DNA from: Candidatus Latescibacterota bacterium
GTDB taxonomy: Bacteria > Latescibacterota > UBA2968 > UBA8231
Length of the DNA: 64,000 bases
Assembly (NCBI GenBank): GCA_965248265.1
Contig: CBDFJF010000002.1
Location: forward strand, 1,152,001 to 1,216,000
Reading direction: 5' to 3'
The notes beneath the pieces are model-generated. The model was not told the DNA's origin, made no database searches, and saw only the letters and a program-made list of their open reading frames with translations. Numbering within the stretch: position 1 is the first letter of the stretch; every line of letters starts with the position of its first letter. The translations under genes were made by a program, and so were the position numbers. Shown here one piece after another: positions 39,560-49,631 of this stretch.

Positions 39560-40444
39560 TCACTCGTCCTTGTGCGGGGGACGATGAGGCGCCGGTTCTT
39601 GCCCGGGGTGCACGAGGGTCGCTCCATCGTCCTCCAGCAGGGGGCGGTCGTACATGTAGGCCGGCTCCAGGACGGCGCGTTGCACATCGGTCAGTTCGCC
39701 CACCCACTCGGGTTGAGTGGTTCCGATGTATTCCTGGTGACAATTGAGGTACTTGGGGCCGTAGCGGTAGAAGAGAGAACGCCGGTTGTGCTCCGCTGTC
39801 CACGGCAGGGCTCCGTGGATGGTAGCTTCGAGAAAGATCGCCATGTCACCTGCTTTGCCGGCGACGTTGTGCACGATGTCTGTGTTGGCGCTGTAGAGCA
39901 TGATATCTTTCGGGCACTTGAAATTCGCCTTGTGACTGCCCGGGATAACGGCCAGCCCGCCGTCTCCGGGATTAATGTCCGCCAGTTGGAACTGGAATAC
40001 GGCCAGCCCTGCGCGTATCTCACCGTTGGCGTAATGGTAGAACTGAGCCCCATCGAAAATTCGGCTGGTGACACCGTGCAAGCCGTGACCGCCCGTGCCT
40101 TTCCTGGCAAAGCTGATAAACGGCAGGTGGTCCATTCGCCAGCCGCGACCGAAGAGGGTATTGAGGTACGGGATGAGTTTCGGATGGGCGATCATGTCGC
40201 GGAAGGGCTGACACCACGGCTGCTCCCAGGTGAGCATTCCCGCGGCATTGCCTTTGCCGAACTGTCCGTCCATGCCGCCGCCATACTGGGAGCCCTCGGG
40301 AAAGAAACCCTCTGCATTCTCATCGACATTGGCATCCACCGCCTGGTTCAGGGCCTGCACTTCCCTGGCAGTCAGGAAGTCTTTTACGTGCAGAAATCCC
40401 TGCAGATCCAGGAGGAACTTCTCGCGCTCGCTCATTTCTATCAT
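39560..40444 (-). CDS. PhyH family dioxygenase, Asp-less (HGV) variant
   Basis: FLLDLQGFL, GLHGV, GGLAVIPGSHK, FLEATIHGALPW. Confidence 0.88.
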   Translation of the reverse strand: MIEMSEREKFLLDLQGFLHVKDFLTAREVQALNQAVDANVDENAEGFFPEGSQYGGGMDGQFGKGNAAGMLTWEQPWCQPFRDMIAHPKLIPYLNTLFGRGWRMDHLPFISFARKGTGGHGLHGVTSRIFDGAQFYHYANGEIRAGLAVFQFQLADINPGDGGLAVIPGSHKANFKCPKDIMLYSANTDIVHNVAGKAGDMAIFLEATIHGALPWTAEHNRRSLFYRYGPKYLNCHQEYIGTTQPEWVGELTDVQRAVLEPAYMYDRPLLEDDGATLVHPGQEPAPHRPPHKDE

Positions 40445-40638
40445 GACCTGTCCCCTATCCAGTTCAACGCCCATACTCGTCAGCTACGGATTCTATCTGA
40501 GTCGCGGCATGCGCACAAGGCACGATCCCATGTCCGAGCGGGTTGAGTCCCATGGATCAGAAAGGTTTAGTATAGAGATCGAGTTGCGCAGTTGGAGGTA
40601 CTCGCAAAGAAGTGACCTGATGTGGGAGGTTTGAAGAG

Positions 40639-41754
40639 ATGAAAAATGCGATATGGCGTGCGTACGTGGGCGGCGGAGCAATCCTCGCTGGCCTGGCGCT
40701 TCCCGTTTCGGCTCTGGCGGAGGGGGAGCAGCTCGTCCTGCAGGGAAAAGAGGCGCAGGTAACTGTCGAGGTGAATGGAGGTGCGATCACCGAGTTCCGC
40801 ATGTCGGGAAACGACGTGAATCCCCTAGACGTCGACTGGTCGGAGGTGGCCACGACCCTGTTCGGGTTCGACCTCATCTATCCCTGGCGGGGGCACTTTG
40901 TGTGTCTCGATCGATTCGGCTACCCGTCCGAACGGGAGCTCGAGAACGGCATGGTGTTCCACGGCGAGGCATCGCAGGTGCAATGGGAGGTCACGGCGCA
41001 ACCAGCGACAGGTGAGGGCGCGGTCGAAGCCCGGATGGCGTGCACGTTGCCGATGGCTGGCCTGGAGTTGCAGCGGACTATGCGCCTGAGTGAGGACGCG
41101 GCGGTGCTGCGCGTACACGAGGCGATCACGAACACGAACGCTCTCGGAAGACTCTACAACAATGTCCAGCACGCGAATATCCAAGCGCCATTTCTCGACG
41201 AAACGGTTATCCTGGACTGCAACGCTACAACGGGTTTTCTGTACCAGGAACCTATTCCCGAAGAGGTCGATACCTTTCGTTGGCCGGTTATCGAGCACAA
41301 AGGAAAAACAATCGACCTGCGGCTTCAGACGGCCAACGCCGACACCTTCGGAGTCTTCCTGGCCGTAGACGAGCAGGCTGAACATGGATGGGTGACGGCG
41401 TGCAACCCCAGCCAGGGATTGATGCTGGGGTACTTGTGGAGCCCGACGGAGTACCCCTGGCTGCTGGTGTTCCGGATGCCGAAGCACGGTCAGCCCGCCT
41501 GGCTGACCTTCGAGCCCTCTACCGGGTACCTCGGGCCCAACAAGCACCTCGTGGCCAGAGGCCGGGTCCTCGATCGCTCGCTCGTCGCCTACATCGACGC
41601 CGGCGAGACCATCAGTACCGACTACACGGCGTTTCTCGCGATGATTCCGGGGGACTACGCGGGTGTAGAGGACGTGCGGTATGAGGACGGCGAGATCGTG
41701 ATCAGAGAGCGCGGGTCCGATGCGTCGAGGGATTTGGGCTGGCGCGTTGACTAG
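40639..41754 (+). CDS. Secreted galactose-mutarotase-like protein
   Basis: Signal peptide (SALA-E), GHFVCLDRFG, FHGEA, NNVQHAN, YPWL. Confidence 0.65.
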   Translation: MKNAIWRAYVGGGAILAGLALPVSALAEGEQLVLQGKEAQVTVEVNGGAITEFRMSGNDVNPLDVDWSEVATTLFGFDLIYPWRGHFVCLDRFGYPSERELENGMVFHGEASQVQWEVTAQPATGEGAVEARMACTLPMAGLELQRTMRLSEDAAVLRVHEAITNTNALGRLYNNVQHANIQAPFLDETVILDCNATTGFLYQEPIPEEVDTFRWPVIEHKGKTIDLRLQTANADTFGVFLAVDEQAEHGWVTACNPSQGLMLGYLWSPTEYPWLLVFRMPKHGQPAWLTFEPSTGYLGPNKHLVARGRVLDRSLVAYIDAGETISTDYTAFLAMIPGDYAGVEDVRYEDGEIVIRERGSDASRDLGWRVD

Positions 41755-41919
41755 TTCAACCACAGGCGGGCCCATCCAGTCTGGTGAGCCCCGAAAAAAA
41801 GGAAGGCCCACTCGACAGGAACCACCCAACCGATCTAGACTATGGTAACGGGTAAGGCCTTGACGCCTGGCCGCCGCCGCGATCTATCGAGCACCTCCGT
41901 CCTTCGGGAAACATAGGCT

Positions 41920-42678
41920 GTGAACGTCCTCACCGACTTCGACCACGAATTCTTTTACCAGCATGGCTTTGTCGTTCTGGAGGGTCTGCTGACGCGCGAC
42001 GAGTTGCGCGAATACCTCGAGCTCTTCGAGGAAGACCGCCGCAAAGTGAAACTGCGCTGGCCCCTCCGCGGCACTCAGAGATGCAACTGTGACGCCCTCA
42101 TCACCACGCCCGAGTTTGACCGCGTCATTCGCCACCCGTTGATATTGGGGGCGACCGTCGAGCTCATGGGCGGTCCCGTCTGTTTTGGCGAGCTGTGCGC
42201 GCGCCAGATGGACCCGCTCGTACGTGCAACAAAAAAGGGCTGGCACCGCGACAAGCCGCATTGGCCCGAGCATCCGCTGCGCATGGATTTCATTCAGCTG
42301 ATGCTCTACCTGACGGATGTCGACGAGACCACACACTGCTTCTCGATCTCACCGGAAGCAGTCGACGAGCCGATTCTCGACGACAATGCCCGACAGGTCA
42401 AGCACCGCGGTGCCATCGACATTCATGGTCCGGCGGGCACGGTCTGCCTGTTCAACGTGTCGGTCCTGCACCGCGCCAACGTCCGCAAGGCCGGCGGGGA
42501 GCGCAAATCCCTGCAGGCCTATTACGGCCATCGGCATCGTCCCTACCTGGCTAATGACTCCATTGTCCCCCCGATGTTCTTCAACGACCCCGATCCGGAA
42601 GCACGTGCCTTCTACGGCAATATCAATGAGATCACCCGCATCTACCTGCGCGGGTTTGGAATGGAAGAGCCCAAATAA
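41920..42678 (+). CDS. PhyH family dioxygenase
   Basis: FFYQHGFVV, WHRD, YLTDV, GPAGTVCLFN..LH. Confidence 0.9.
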   Translation: MNVLTDFDHEFFYQHGFVVLEGLLTRDELREYLELFEEDRRKVKLRWPLRGTQRCNCDALITTPEFDRVIRHPLILGATVELMGGPVCFGELCARQMDPLVRATKKGWHRDKPHWPEHPLRMDFIQLMLYLTDVDETTHCFSISPEAVDEPILDDNARQVKHRGAIDIHGPAGTVCLFNVSVLHRANVRKAGGERKSLQAYYGHRHRPYLANDSIVPPMFFNDPDPEARAFYGNINEITRIYLRGFGMEEPK

Positions 42679-43506
42679 ATGAGCGAACATCCGACCTTCA
42701 CTCCCGATCAGAAAAACGAATCTCTCGATTTCTTCGTCGATCAGAACTATGTCGTCGTCACCGACGCCCTGCCGCCGGCGAACCTGGAAGTCCTGCGCGC
42801 GTTCGTCGACCGCTCCGAGCGTGACACCTCGCGCGAGTGGGGTCCCGACAAGCTCGGCTGCCGCTCGCACGCCCAGATCCTGGTCTATCACCCCGAGCTC
42901 GACGAGCACGTGCGCCCGGTGGTCGCCCAGGGCCTGGTCGACGAGATCATGGGGCCGGACACGCGTTTTGCCCAGTTCGACTTCCGCGATCTCTGGGAGG
43001 GAGTGACCGAAGGCCAACCGATGCGCTGGCATGGAGACCGCCCCTACGTCCCGCGCGACGCCGACGACCCCAACACCCGCTACGACTGCAACTACGTTTG
43101 CGCAATCCACTACTTGTTCGATGTCGGTGACGAGCAGCCCTGTTTCGGCCTGGTGCCCAACAGCCACCACTGCACCAGCTTCGACGAGGCCCAGGAGAAG
43201 ATGGGAGACGCTTTCCGGATTGTGCCCATCCGTGGACCGGCGGGAACGGTCGTCCTCTACAACATCGCCATTCAGCACACCCGCATGCTGGGCCGGGGCC
43301 GCCGCCTGACTCAGCACAACTACTTCAGCCGCGAGCAGAGCAAGTCGCTGACCAACTGGGTCATGCTGCCCAGGCGCCTGACCGAGCACGACGACCCTGA
43401 GATGCGCACCTTCTACAGTCAGTGGACGGACGCCACGCGAGCTTTTGCTGCATCCGGATACGCCGACGAATACTATGAGGCCAATGTCCTGGACAAGCCC
43501 ACATGA
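42679..43506 (+). CDS. PhyH family dioxygenase
   Basis: WHGD, LVPNSH, GPAGTVVLYNIAIQH. Confidence 0.9.
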   Translation: MSEHPTFTPDQKNESLDFFVDQNYVVVTDALPPANLEVLRAFVDRSERDTSREWGPDKLGCRSHAQILVYHPELDEHVRPVVAQGLVDEIMGPDTRFAQFDFRDLWEGVTEGQPMRWHGDRPYVPRDADDPNTRYDCNYVCAIHYLFDVGDEQPCFGLVPNSHHCTSFDEAQEKMGDAFRIVPIRGPAGTVVLYNIAIQHTRMLGRGRRLTQHNYFSREQSKSLTNWVMLPRRLTEHDDPEMRTFYSQWTDATRAFAASGYADEYYEANVLDKPT

Positions 43507-43559
43507 TCATGGATGTGATCACTTCGTGATCACATCTGAGCGAAGGAGAGACCGCAGAG

Positions 43560-44444
43560 ATGGCGATGGTGAGCATGACCCAGGTCAGACCGCTGGAAGA
43601 CTCGACCTATCTGCTGGGTGATCCCGCTGCTCTGAGGTCGCGAGCTGAGGAGGAAGGGGCGCTGTTTTTCCGCGGACTCCTCGACAACGACTCCGTCCTC
43701 AGTGTCCGGCGTCAGATTCTCGAAGTGTGTGCATCACACGGCTGGGTGAATCCAGGATCCGACCCGATGCAGGGAATCGCCAATCCCAACGTGACAGTGG
43801 GAGAGAGTCAGGATCCGCGGTGGCGCGCCTTCTATGGGGATGTTCAGAAATTGCGCGACTTCCACGCTCTCGCACTGCATTCGGCCATAATCGGGGTCCT
43901 CGAGACCTTGTTCGGCGAGTCGGTCCTACCCCACAGCCGAAACATCTGCCGGCTGGTTTTTCCCGGTTCGGCGGAATTCTCGACGCCACCCCATCAAGAC
44001 AACCTCTATATAGGAGGCTCGCAACAAACCTGGACGGTGTGGATACCAGGAGGAGACTGTCCCGTGGCTCTCGGGGGATTGGCCTTTGCGACCGGTTCGC
44101 ACACGGCGGGCCAATTGGCAACACGGGCGGCCGTCGGACCGGGTGGGAGCCAGGTCGACGTCGATGAGGAGACCGCGTGGATGGGTGGCGATTATTTAGC
44201 GGGCGATGCCGTGTTCCTTCACAGTCTTGCCATCCACCAGGGGCGGGACAACGACTCCGGCAATCTCCTGCGGGTTTCGTGCGACTACAGGTATCAGCCG
44301 CGATCGCATCCGGTGCGGGAGGATTCCCTCCTGCCACACATGGGTTGGCAGTCCTGGGAGGAGATCTATTCGAACTGGGACCAAGACGATTCGATGAAGT
44401 ACTACTGGAATGACTGGAATCTGGATGTGGTTGCCAGGGGGTGA
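43560..44444 (+). CDS. PhyH family dioxygenase
   Basis: TPPHQD, WTVWIP, GGLAFATGSH, AGDAVFLHSLAIH, RVSCDYRYQ. Confidence 0.92.
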   Translation: MAMVSMTQVRPLEDSTYLLGDPAALRSRAEEEGALFFRGLLDNDSVLSVRRQILEVCASHGWVNPGSDPMQGIANPNVTVGESQDPRWRAFYGDVQKLRDFHALALHSAIIGVLETLFGESVLPHSRNICRLVFPGSAEFSTPPHQDNLYIGGSQQTWTVWIPGGDCPVALGGLAFATGSHTAGQLATRAAVGPGGSQVDVDEETAWMGGDYLAGDAVFLHSLAIHQGRDNDSGNLLRVSCDYRYQPRSHPVREDSLLPHMGWQSWEEIYSNWDQDDSMKYYWNDWNLDVVARG

Positions 44445-44528
44445 GTCAGCCTGGCATCCATGGATGACAGATGGCCTTGGCCGGGATTCCTGATCTCGCC
44501 ACATTAGATGTATGAAAACGACAGATGC

Positions 44529-44732
44529 ATGAAAACGACAATTGATATTCCCGAAGAGCTTCTCTGAGAAGCTATGGAGTTCACGGGCGCCAAAACCAAG
44601 CGGGAGGCCATCGTAACCGCCGTCAAGGATTACAACGACCGGAGAAAGATGGCCAGTCTCGTCAAACATCTCGGAACCTGTGAAGACCTGATGACCCCCA
44701 CTGAACTCGACCAGCTCAGGTTTAAGGACTGA
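44529..44732 (+). pseudogene. vapB: VapB-type antitoxin with premature TGA at codon 13
   Basis: MKTTIDIPEELL*EAMEFTGAKTKREAIVTAVKDYNDRRKMASLVKHLG.. Confidence 0.85.
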
Positions 44733-44839
44733 TCCACACCATTCCGCCAACGGATCTGGTCATTGCCGCCTGTGCCCGCCGCCACGGCGTCGAGCTCGAA
44801 CACCATGATTCTCATCTGGAGGCTGTCCAGGCCCTGTAG
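44732..44839 (+). pseudogene. vapC: C-terminal remnant of VapC PIN toxin
   Basis: TIPPTDLVIAACARRHGVELEHHDSHLEAVQAL*; N-terminal PIN part absent. Confidence 0.8.
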
Positions 44840-44860
44840 CCCGGTTCTCTCGCAAGGCAC

Positions 44861-44977
44861 ATGCTGAATGTAGAAATACTTGAACTGGGTGATGTTGAAA
44901 GAGCGGCAAGCGTGTTTCATCGCGACGGATTCGTCTGCGTCGCCACGTGGGCAGCAGTTGTGTCGATTCATCGTTGA
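44861..44977 (+). pseudogene. N-terminal shard of a PhyH gene
   Basis: MLNVEILELGDVERAASVFHRDGFVCV then diverges and stops. Confidence 0.6.
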
Positions 44978-44989
44978 AGACTAGTCCCC

Positions 44990-45544
44990 ATGCAGGAAGA
45001 CAACATCGCAGTGAAGATGGTCCGCCCCGATTTGGACCACCTGCCCAGCTACGAGACCCCCAGCCCCTTCAGCATTCGGCGCTACCGCCCCGGGGACGAG
45101 CAGGCGTGGCGGCAGATCCACATCGAGGCCGATGCCTACATGGCTTTTCCGGACTCCAGGTTTGTTGAGCAGTTCGGCATTGACGAAGATCGCATTCGCG
45201 AGAACCAGTTTTACCTGTGCGATGCTTCGGGATGTCCGGTGGGCACGGCAACTGCATGGCACTGCCGTGAGGAGGGACGAGCCCGGGATGACGGCCTGGT
45301 ACACTGGGTGGCCATCGTTCCGTCCCATCAGGGCAAGGGACTGTCCAGGCCGCTGCTTGTTGCCGTATGCCACCGGTTGCGTGAACGCGGCTTCGAGCGA
45401 GCATACCTCGACACTTCCTCGGCGCGGATCGCGGCACTGGCGCTCTACTTGTCCTTCGGCTTTACTCCCGATATCCGCGAGCCATCTCACCGGGCGGTGT
45501 GGACGCGGATATTGGACCGGCTAGGCAGACCGGGCCAGTTGTGA
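44990..45544 (+). CDS. GNAT N-acetyltransferase
   Basis: VHWVAIVPSHQGKGLS, ALALYLSFGF. Confidence 0.92.
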   Translation: MQEDNIAVKMVRPDLDHLPSYETPSPFSIRRYRPGDEQAWRQIHIEADAYMAFPDSRFVEQFGIDEDRIRENQFYLCDASGCPVGTATAWHCREEGRARDDGLVHWVAIVPSHQGKGLSRPLLVAVCHRLRERGFERAYLDTSSARIAALALYLSFGFTPDIREPSHRAVWTRILDRLGRPGQL

Positions 45545-45577
45545 TGTGACGTGGAGGCGCCTCCCTGAGGGGCTCAC

Positions 45578-46489
45578 TCACGAGGCGTGAGAGTCGGCGC
45601 GGTTCGAGCGATCGCGTAACTGGCTCAGACGGCGACCGAGCACGCGTAACTCCTCTTCGATCAGACCGATTTCATCGCCGACCGTGATCTGCCCGTCGTG
45701 CTCCAGATGTCGGCGTCGGTCTTCGGCCTCACGCTCCGCCTGGGCTTCCTCCATCGAATTGATGATGACGCCGATGAACAGATTCAGCATGATCATCGTA
45801 CCCAGCAGGACGAAAGAGACGAAGTAGGCGGCCCCGAGCAACGGCCGGGCGACGGACACTTCGACCTGATCGGCCAGGGCGAAGTCGGCGTATCCGGGGT
45901 ACACGGCACTGCCATACATCTGGATGTACATCACATCCGTCCAGTCCTCGAGCGTGACAACACGAAACAGGGTCAGCAGCGCGGTCGACAGAGCGTCGAA
46001 GTGCACCGGATCGTTGCCGCGAAACAGGAACACGCCGACAACGGCGTAGATGTAGAACAAGACGGTCAACAGCAGGCCGACATAGGCAAGCGATGGAATG
46101 GACTTGAGCAACGAGCCCACGAGCAGCTGCAATCGGGGTATGGCCGTGATCAGACGTAGTGCGCGCAGCACCCGGGCCAACCGGAACACGGCCGCATACT
46201 GGCCGCCGACAGGCAGGAAGCAGAACACGACGATGGCGAAATCGAACAGGTTCCAGGGGTCGGTGAAATACAGGTACCAGCGTCGTCCGTGCCGCAGGAT
46301 CTTGAGCGCCGCCTCGACGACGAACATCCACAGGACCACGGCATCGAGGGCATGCAGGATGTCGCCGTAGCGGACGACGAGATCGCGCGACGTCTCGAGC
46401 CCGATGAGAACGGCGGCCAGCATGATCACCGCCAGGATGAAGTTCTGGAACCCGCTGGAATCTACGAACTGCCCGAGTCGTACCGTCAT
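45578..46489 (-). CDS. Bacterial voltage-gated cation channel (BacNav-like)
   Basis: WNLFDF, S4 RLARVLRALRL, filter TLEDWTD, NLFIGVI, C-terminal coiled coil. Confidence 0.93.
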   Translation of the reverse strand: MTVRLGQFVDSSGFQNFILAVIMLAAVLIGLETSRDLVVRYGDILHALDAVVLWMFVVEAALKILRHGRRWYLYFTDPWNLFDFAIVVFCFLPVGGQYAAVFRLARVLRALRLITAIPRLQLLVGSLLKSIPSLAYVGLLLTVLFYIYAVVGVFLFRGNDPVHFDALSTALLTLFRVVTLEDWTDVMYIQMYGSAVYPGYADFALADQVEVSVARPLLGAAYFVSFVLLGTMIMLNLFIGVIINSMEEAQAEREAEDRRRHLEHDGQITVGDEIGLIEEELRVLGRRLSQLRDRSNRADSHAS

Positions 46490-46685
46490 CTCACTCTCCG
46501 ACAAGCGTGGGCGAAAGAAGATACCCGCTGGCGACAACAGGGCAATGGCGATCCCTGTCCGGTCACCCACATGGCGCGATGCCGGTTGCATGACCGCCGT
46601 GGATTGACCTGGCCACTCTGGCCGTTGCAGGTTTGTGCAACCCGTCACGTCAGTGTGACTACTGTTTTCGAACCCGGAGGCACCT

Positions 46686-47567
46686 ATGGCAAGTTATTGG
46701 ATGGTCGGCATAGTTACCATGGAGGCGACCCCCTGGGCGCAAGAGGAGAATTTCGGGCGCATGGAGGAGTACGTCGGTGAAGCCGTCAGGCGCCGGGCGC
46801 AACTGGTGGTCGCACCCGAATCCGTGCTGGACGGTTACGTCTGTGGTGCGGATCCCGAGGTGACCAGGGAGCGCATGCTCGAGATTGCCCAGACGGTACC
46901 CGATGGCCCTTACCTTGCCCGCGGTGCCGAGTTGAGCCGCGAGTTGGGCATCGATCTCGTCTTCGGATTCCTGGAGCTGGACGGCGATGACCTGTTCAAT
47001 AGCTGCGTCCTGTTCGATCCGCAGGGACAGCTGATCGCCAAACACAGAAAGGTGCACACCGCGGGCGAAGCGTTTATCACGCCGGGTGGCGAACTCAGGC
47101 CGTTCGATACGCCCATGGGACGCATCGGATTCCTCATCTGCAAAGACCGGGAAGTGCCGGACAACTTCAATATGCTCGGCGTGCAGGGAGTGGATGCCGT
47201 GATCCTTCCGATGGACGGCTCGGGGGGCAAGGAGAACACGAGGAAATTGATCCAACGCGCCCAGGACAACTGCTGCTGGATCGTTGTGGCCAACACCTGG
47301 AGTGCCATCATCATCAGCCCCAGCGGCGAGGTCATGCTGGAGAAATACGAGTCGGAGTGCGTCAGTGTGCAGCGGGCCGATTTCAAGAGCCCACTCGATG
47401 GGCCTGGCCGAACGCGATTCAGTGAGCGTCGTTTCGACCTGTACTCTACCCTGGCGCAGTCGTTCGAAGCGGAGAAGTACTACGATGCCGAAGGCCGAGC
47501 GACTGACCTGGCCGAGGAATTCGGTCAGGAACATCGCAAGCAATTGAGAGAGCGAGCCGAACGATAG
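46686..47567 (+). CDS. Carbon-nitrogen hydrolase (nitrilase superfamily)
   Basis: E-K-C triad: VAPES, HRKVH, LICKD. Confidence 0.92.
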   Translation: MASYWMVGIVTMEATPWAQEENFGRMEEYVGEAVRRRAQLVVAPESVLDGYVCGADPEVTRERMLEIAQTVPDGPYLARGAELSRELGIDLVFGFLELDGDDLFNSCVLFDPQGQLIAKHRKVHTAGEAFITPGGELRPFDTPMGRIGFLICKDREVPDNFNMLGVQGVDAVILPMDGSGGKENTRKLIQRAQDNCCWIVVANTWSAIIISPSGEVMLEKYESECVSVQRADFKSPLDGPGRTRFSERRFDLYSTLAQSFEAEKYYDAEGRATDLAEEFGQEHRKQLRERAER

Positions 47568-47741
47568 CACGGAACCGTTTAGGCGTTATCAGGGTGTTTA
47601 TTGCTTATACTCCGTTCCGCACGGGCGACGTTCGCTGAAGGCTGAATGAGGCACGTCGCATCGAGGCTGACGGCTTGCTGATTCTGTGACCATACTGTTC
47701 GGTGCTGAACTGCGTGGTATAGCGGTTCCAGACCGCTGTTT

Positions 47742-49628
47742 ATGACGGGAAAAACCATGGGACGATCTAGCACATACGCTCTCTGCGTCTGGTTTTGCGT
47801 GGCCGGAGCGTCCACAGCATCGTCTGATCCAAAAGATGAGTTGGAGCTGTTCGAAGAGCTGCCCACGGTGATAACGGCGGCCCAGAGGGAACAGAAAATG
47901 GCGGAGGCACCGTCGACCATAGAGGTCTACGACCGCCAGTTCATCGACGAGACAGGCGTTGTGACGCTCGGCGAGCTTCTCCGTCTGGTTCCCGGTGTCG
48001 ACGTGCTGCTCGCCGAGGGCGGCTTGAGAGACGTCGTTCACATCAGAGGCGGTGGCGGCCGAGGTGCTTCCATGCTACTGATGGTCGATGGCGTAATCCT
48101 CAACCACCCCTATACCGCAATTGCCTACCTCGATGCCCGACTCCCGCTGGTTCAGGTCCAACAGATAGAGGTTGTTAGAGGCCCCGGCTCGTCGCTCTAT
48201 GGTGCCAACGCGACAGCCGGCATCGTCCATGTCATTACCCGAGGCTTTCCCGAAGTAGCGGAGCGCAACTTGTCAGCTTCGTACGGAGGGTTCGGTTCCG
48301 CTCACCTGAACGCTTCCTATGCACAGAACCGGTCCGTGACCCGGTTGAGTCTCAATCGCTCAGATGGCTATGCGGGAAATCGTATCAGCAAACGGGACAA
48401 ATTCGAGAGTCTCAGTGTCGCGACGCGTGTGGGTCTGAGCCCTGACATAACCGTTTCTGGGGGCCTTACGGCCGGAGAGATCGGTGTTCCCGGGATCGCA
48501 TCGGGGCCGCTGGAGAGGACGAAAGAGCAGCATGGAGACGGCTTTCTCAGCATGGCGTACAAACGCGACTGGACGAAGGCCATGTCATTGCACAGTGACA
48601 TCTACTACGCCCATTTCACGTCAACGTACTTCAGGGATGACGGAGAAGAGCGCGACACCGACGAAGGGCGCGGAGCGGCCAACTTGCGCCTCCACTACGA
48701 CTTGATGCCGACTCAGTCTGTGATGGTTGGAGTCGAGTACCGCACCGAGTCGGCCGAGTCGGACCTCGGGCCGGCAAACCGTGAGACCACAGGGAACGTG
48801 GCCCTTTTTGTGCAGGATGAGCTGCGGCTGGCCGACGATCGTATCTACGTCACCGCCGGCGGCCGCTGGGACCACCACAGCGTCTACGGCAGTGAGGTGT
48901 CCCCGCGGGCGGCGGCCATCTACTACGCAAGGCCCGATCTGTCCCTCAAAGCATCGTACGACCGCGCCTTCCGGGCGCCGTCTCTGTCCAACCTCTACAT
49001 CGACGATGCCATCTCACCAACCGTTACTCTCAAAGGCAACGAAGAGCTACAGCCTGAGCACATCGAGATGATCGACCTGGGGATCCGATTTCAACCGTAC
49101 GTGACGACGCTCCTCGAGACGTCCGTTTTTCTGACCGACGGATCGGACATTATCGGGATTGAGACGGAAGGCGACAGAAATGCGTTGATGGGTACCACGG
49201 TCAATAGAGACGAGATCGAGATAAAGGGGGCAGAGTTCAGTGTCCGACACCGACTGAGTGAGGACTTCAAGCTCAGAGTCAACTACACGTTCCTCGACGC
49301 AATGGATGTCACCCGCGACGCTGAGTTCTCAGATGTTGCCCGTCACAAAGCTCAGATCATCGGGACCGCGAAATTCGCCTCTCCGGTGCAGGCCACCGCC
49401 ACTATAAAGGCTCGCTATGTAGGGGCGAGGGATTTCGTGTTGAGAGGGGGTGCGCGCCAAAACAGCGATGCGTTCACCGCACTCGATTTGTTCGCGCGCG
49501 TGACTCCGATCGCCGATGTCCACGTCACGCTACAGGTCCGCAATCTCACGAACGCCGACTATCAGGAGTTCCTCGACCTGCCCCTTCCCCGCAGAACCTT
49601 CGAAATCGGACTCGAGTACGACTTCTGA
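47742..49628 (+). CDS. TonB-dependent receptor
   Basis: Plug LRLVPGV..MVDG..IEVVRGPGSSLYGANA; FRAPS; GNEELQPE; NLTN; terminal EYDF. Confidence 0.93.
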   Translation: MTGKTMGRSSTYALCVWFCVAGASTASSDPKDELELFEELPTVITAAQREQKMAEAPSTIEVYDRQFIDETGVVTLGELLRLVPGVDVLLAEGGLRDVVHIRGGGGRGASMLLMVDGVILNHPYTAIAYLDARLPLVQVQQIEVVRGPGSSLYGANATAGIVHVITRGFPEVAERNLSASYGGFGSAHLNASYAQNRSVTRLSLNRSDGYAGNRISKRDKFESLSVATRVGLSPDITVSGGLTAGEIGVPGIASGPLERTKEQHGDGFLSMAYKRDWTKAMSLHSDIYYAHFTSTYFRDDGEERDTDEGRGAANLRLHYDLMPTQSVMVGVEYRTESAESDLGPANRETTGNVALFVQDELRLADDRIYVTAGGRWDHHSVYGSEVSPRAAAIYYARPDLSLKASYDRAFRAPSLSNLYIDDAISPTVTLKGNEELQPEHIEMIDLGIRFQPYVTTLLETSVFLTDGSDIIGIETEGDRNALMGTTVNRDEIEIKGAEFSVRHRLSEDFKLRVNYTFLDAMDVTRDAEFSDVARHKAQIIGTAKFASPVQATATIKARYVGARDFVLRGGARQNSDAFTALDLFARVTPIADVHVTLQVRNLTNADYQEFLDLPLPRRTFEIGLEYDF

Positions 49629-49631
49629 TTC

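Noticed and set aside
44565-44567. In-frame TGA in vapB as a second selenocysteine
   Set aside because: No redox motif, not a Cys-type position, and the partner toxin is deleted; nonsense mutation is simpler.
47568-47741. Cobalamin or other riboswitch upstream of the TonB receptor
   Set aside because: No B12-box or other conserved riboswitch motif recognised; only a short hairpin.
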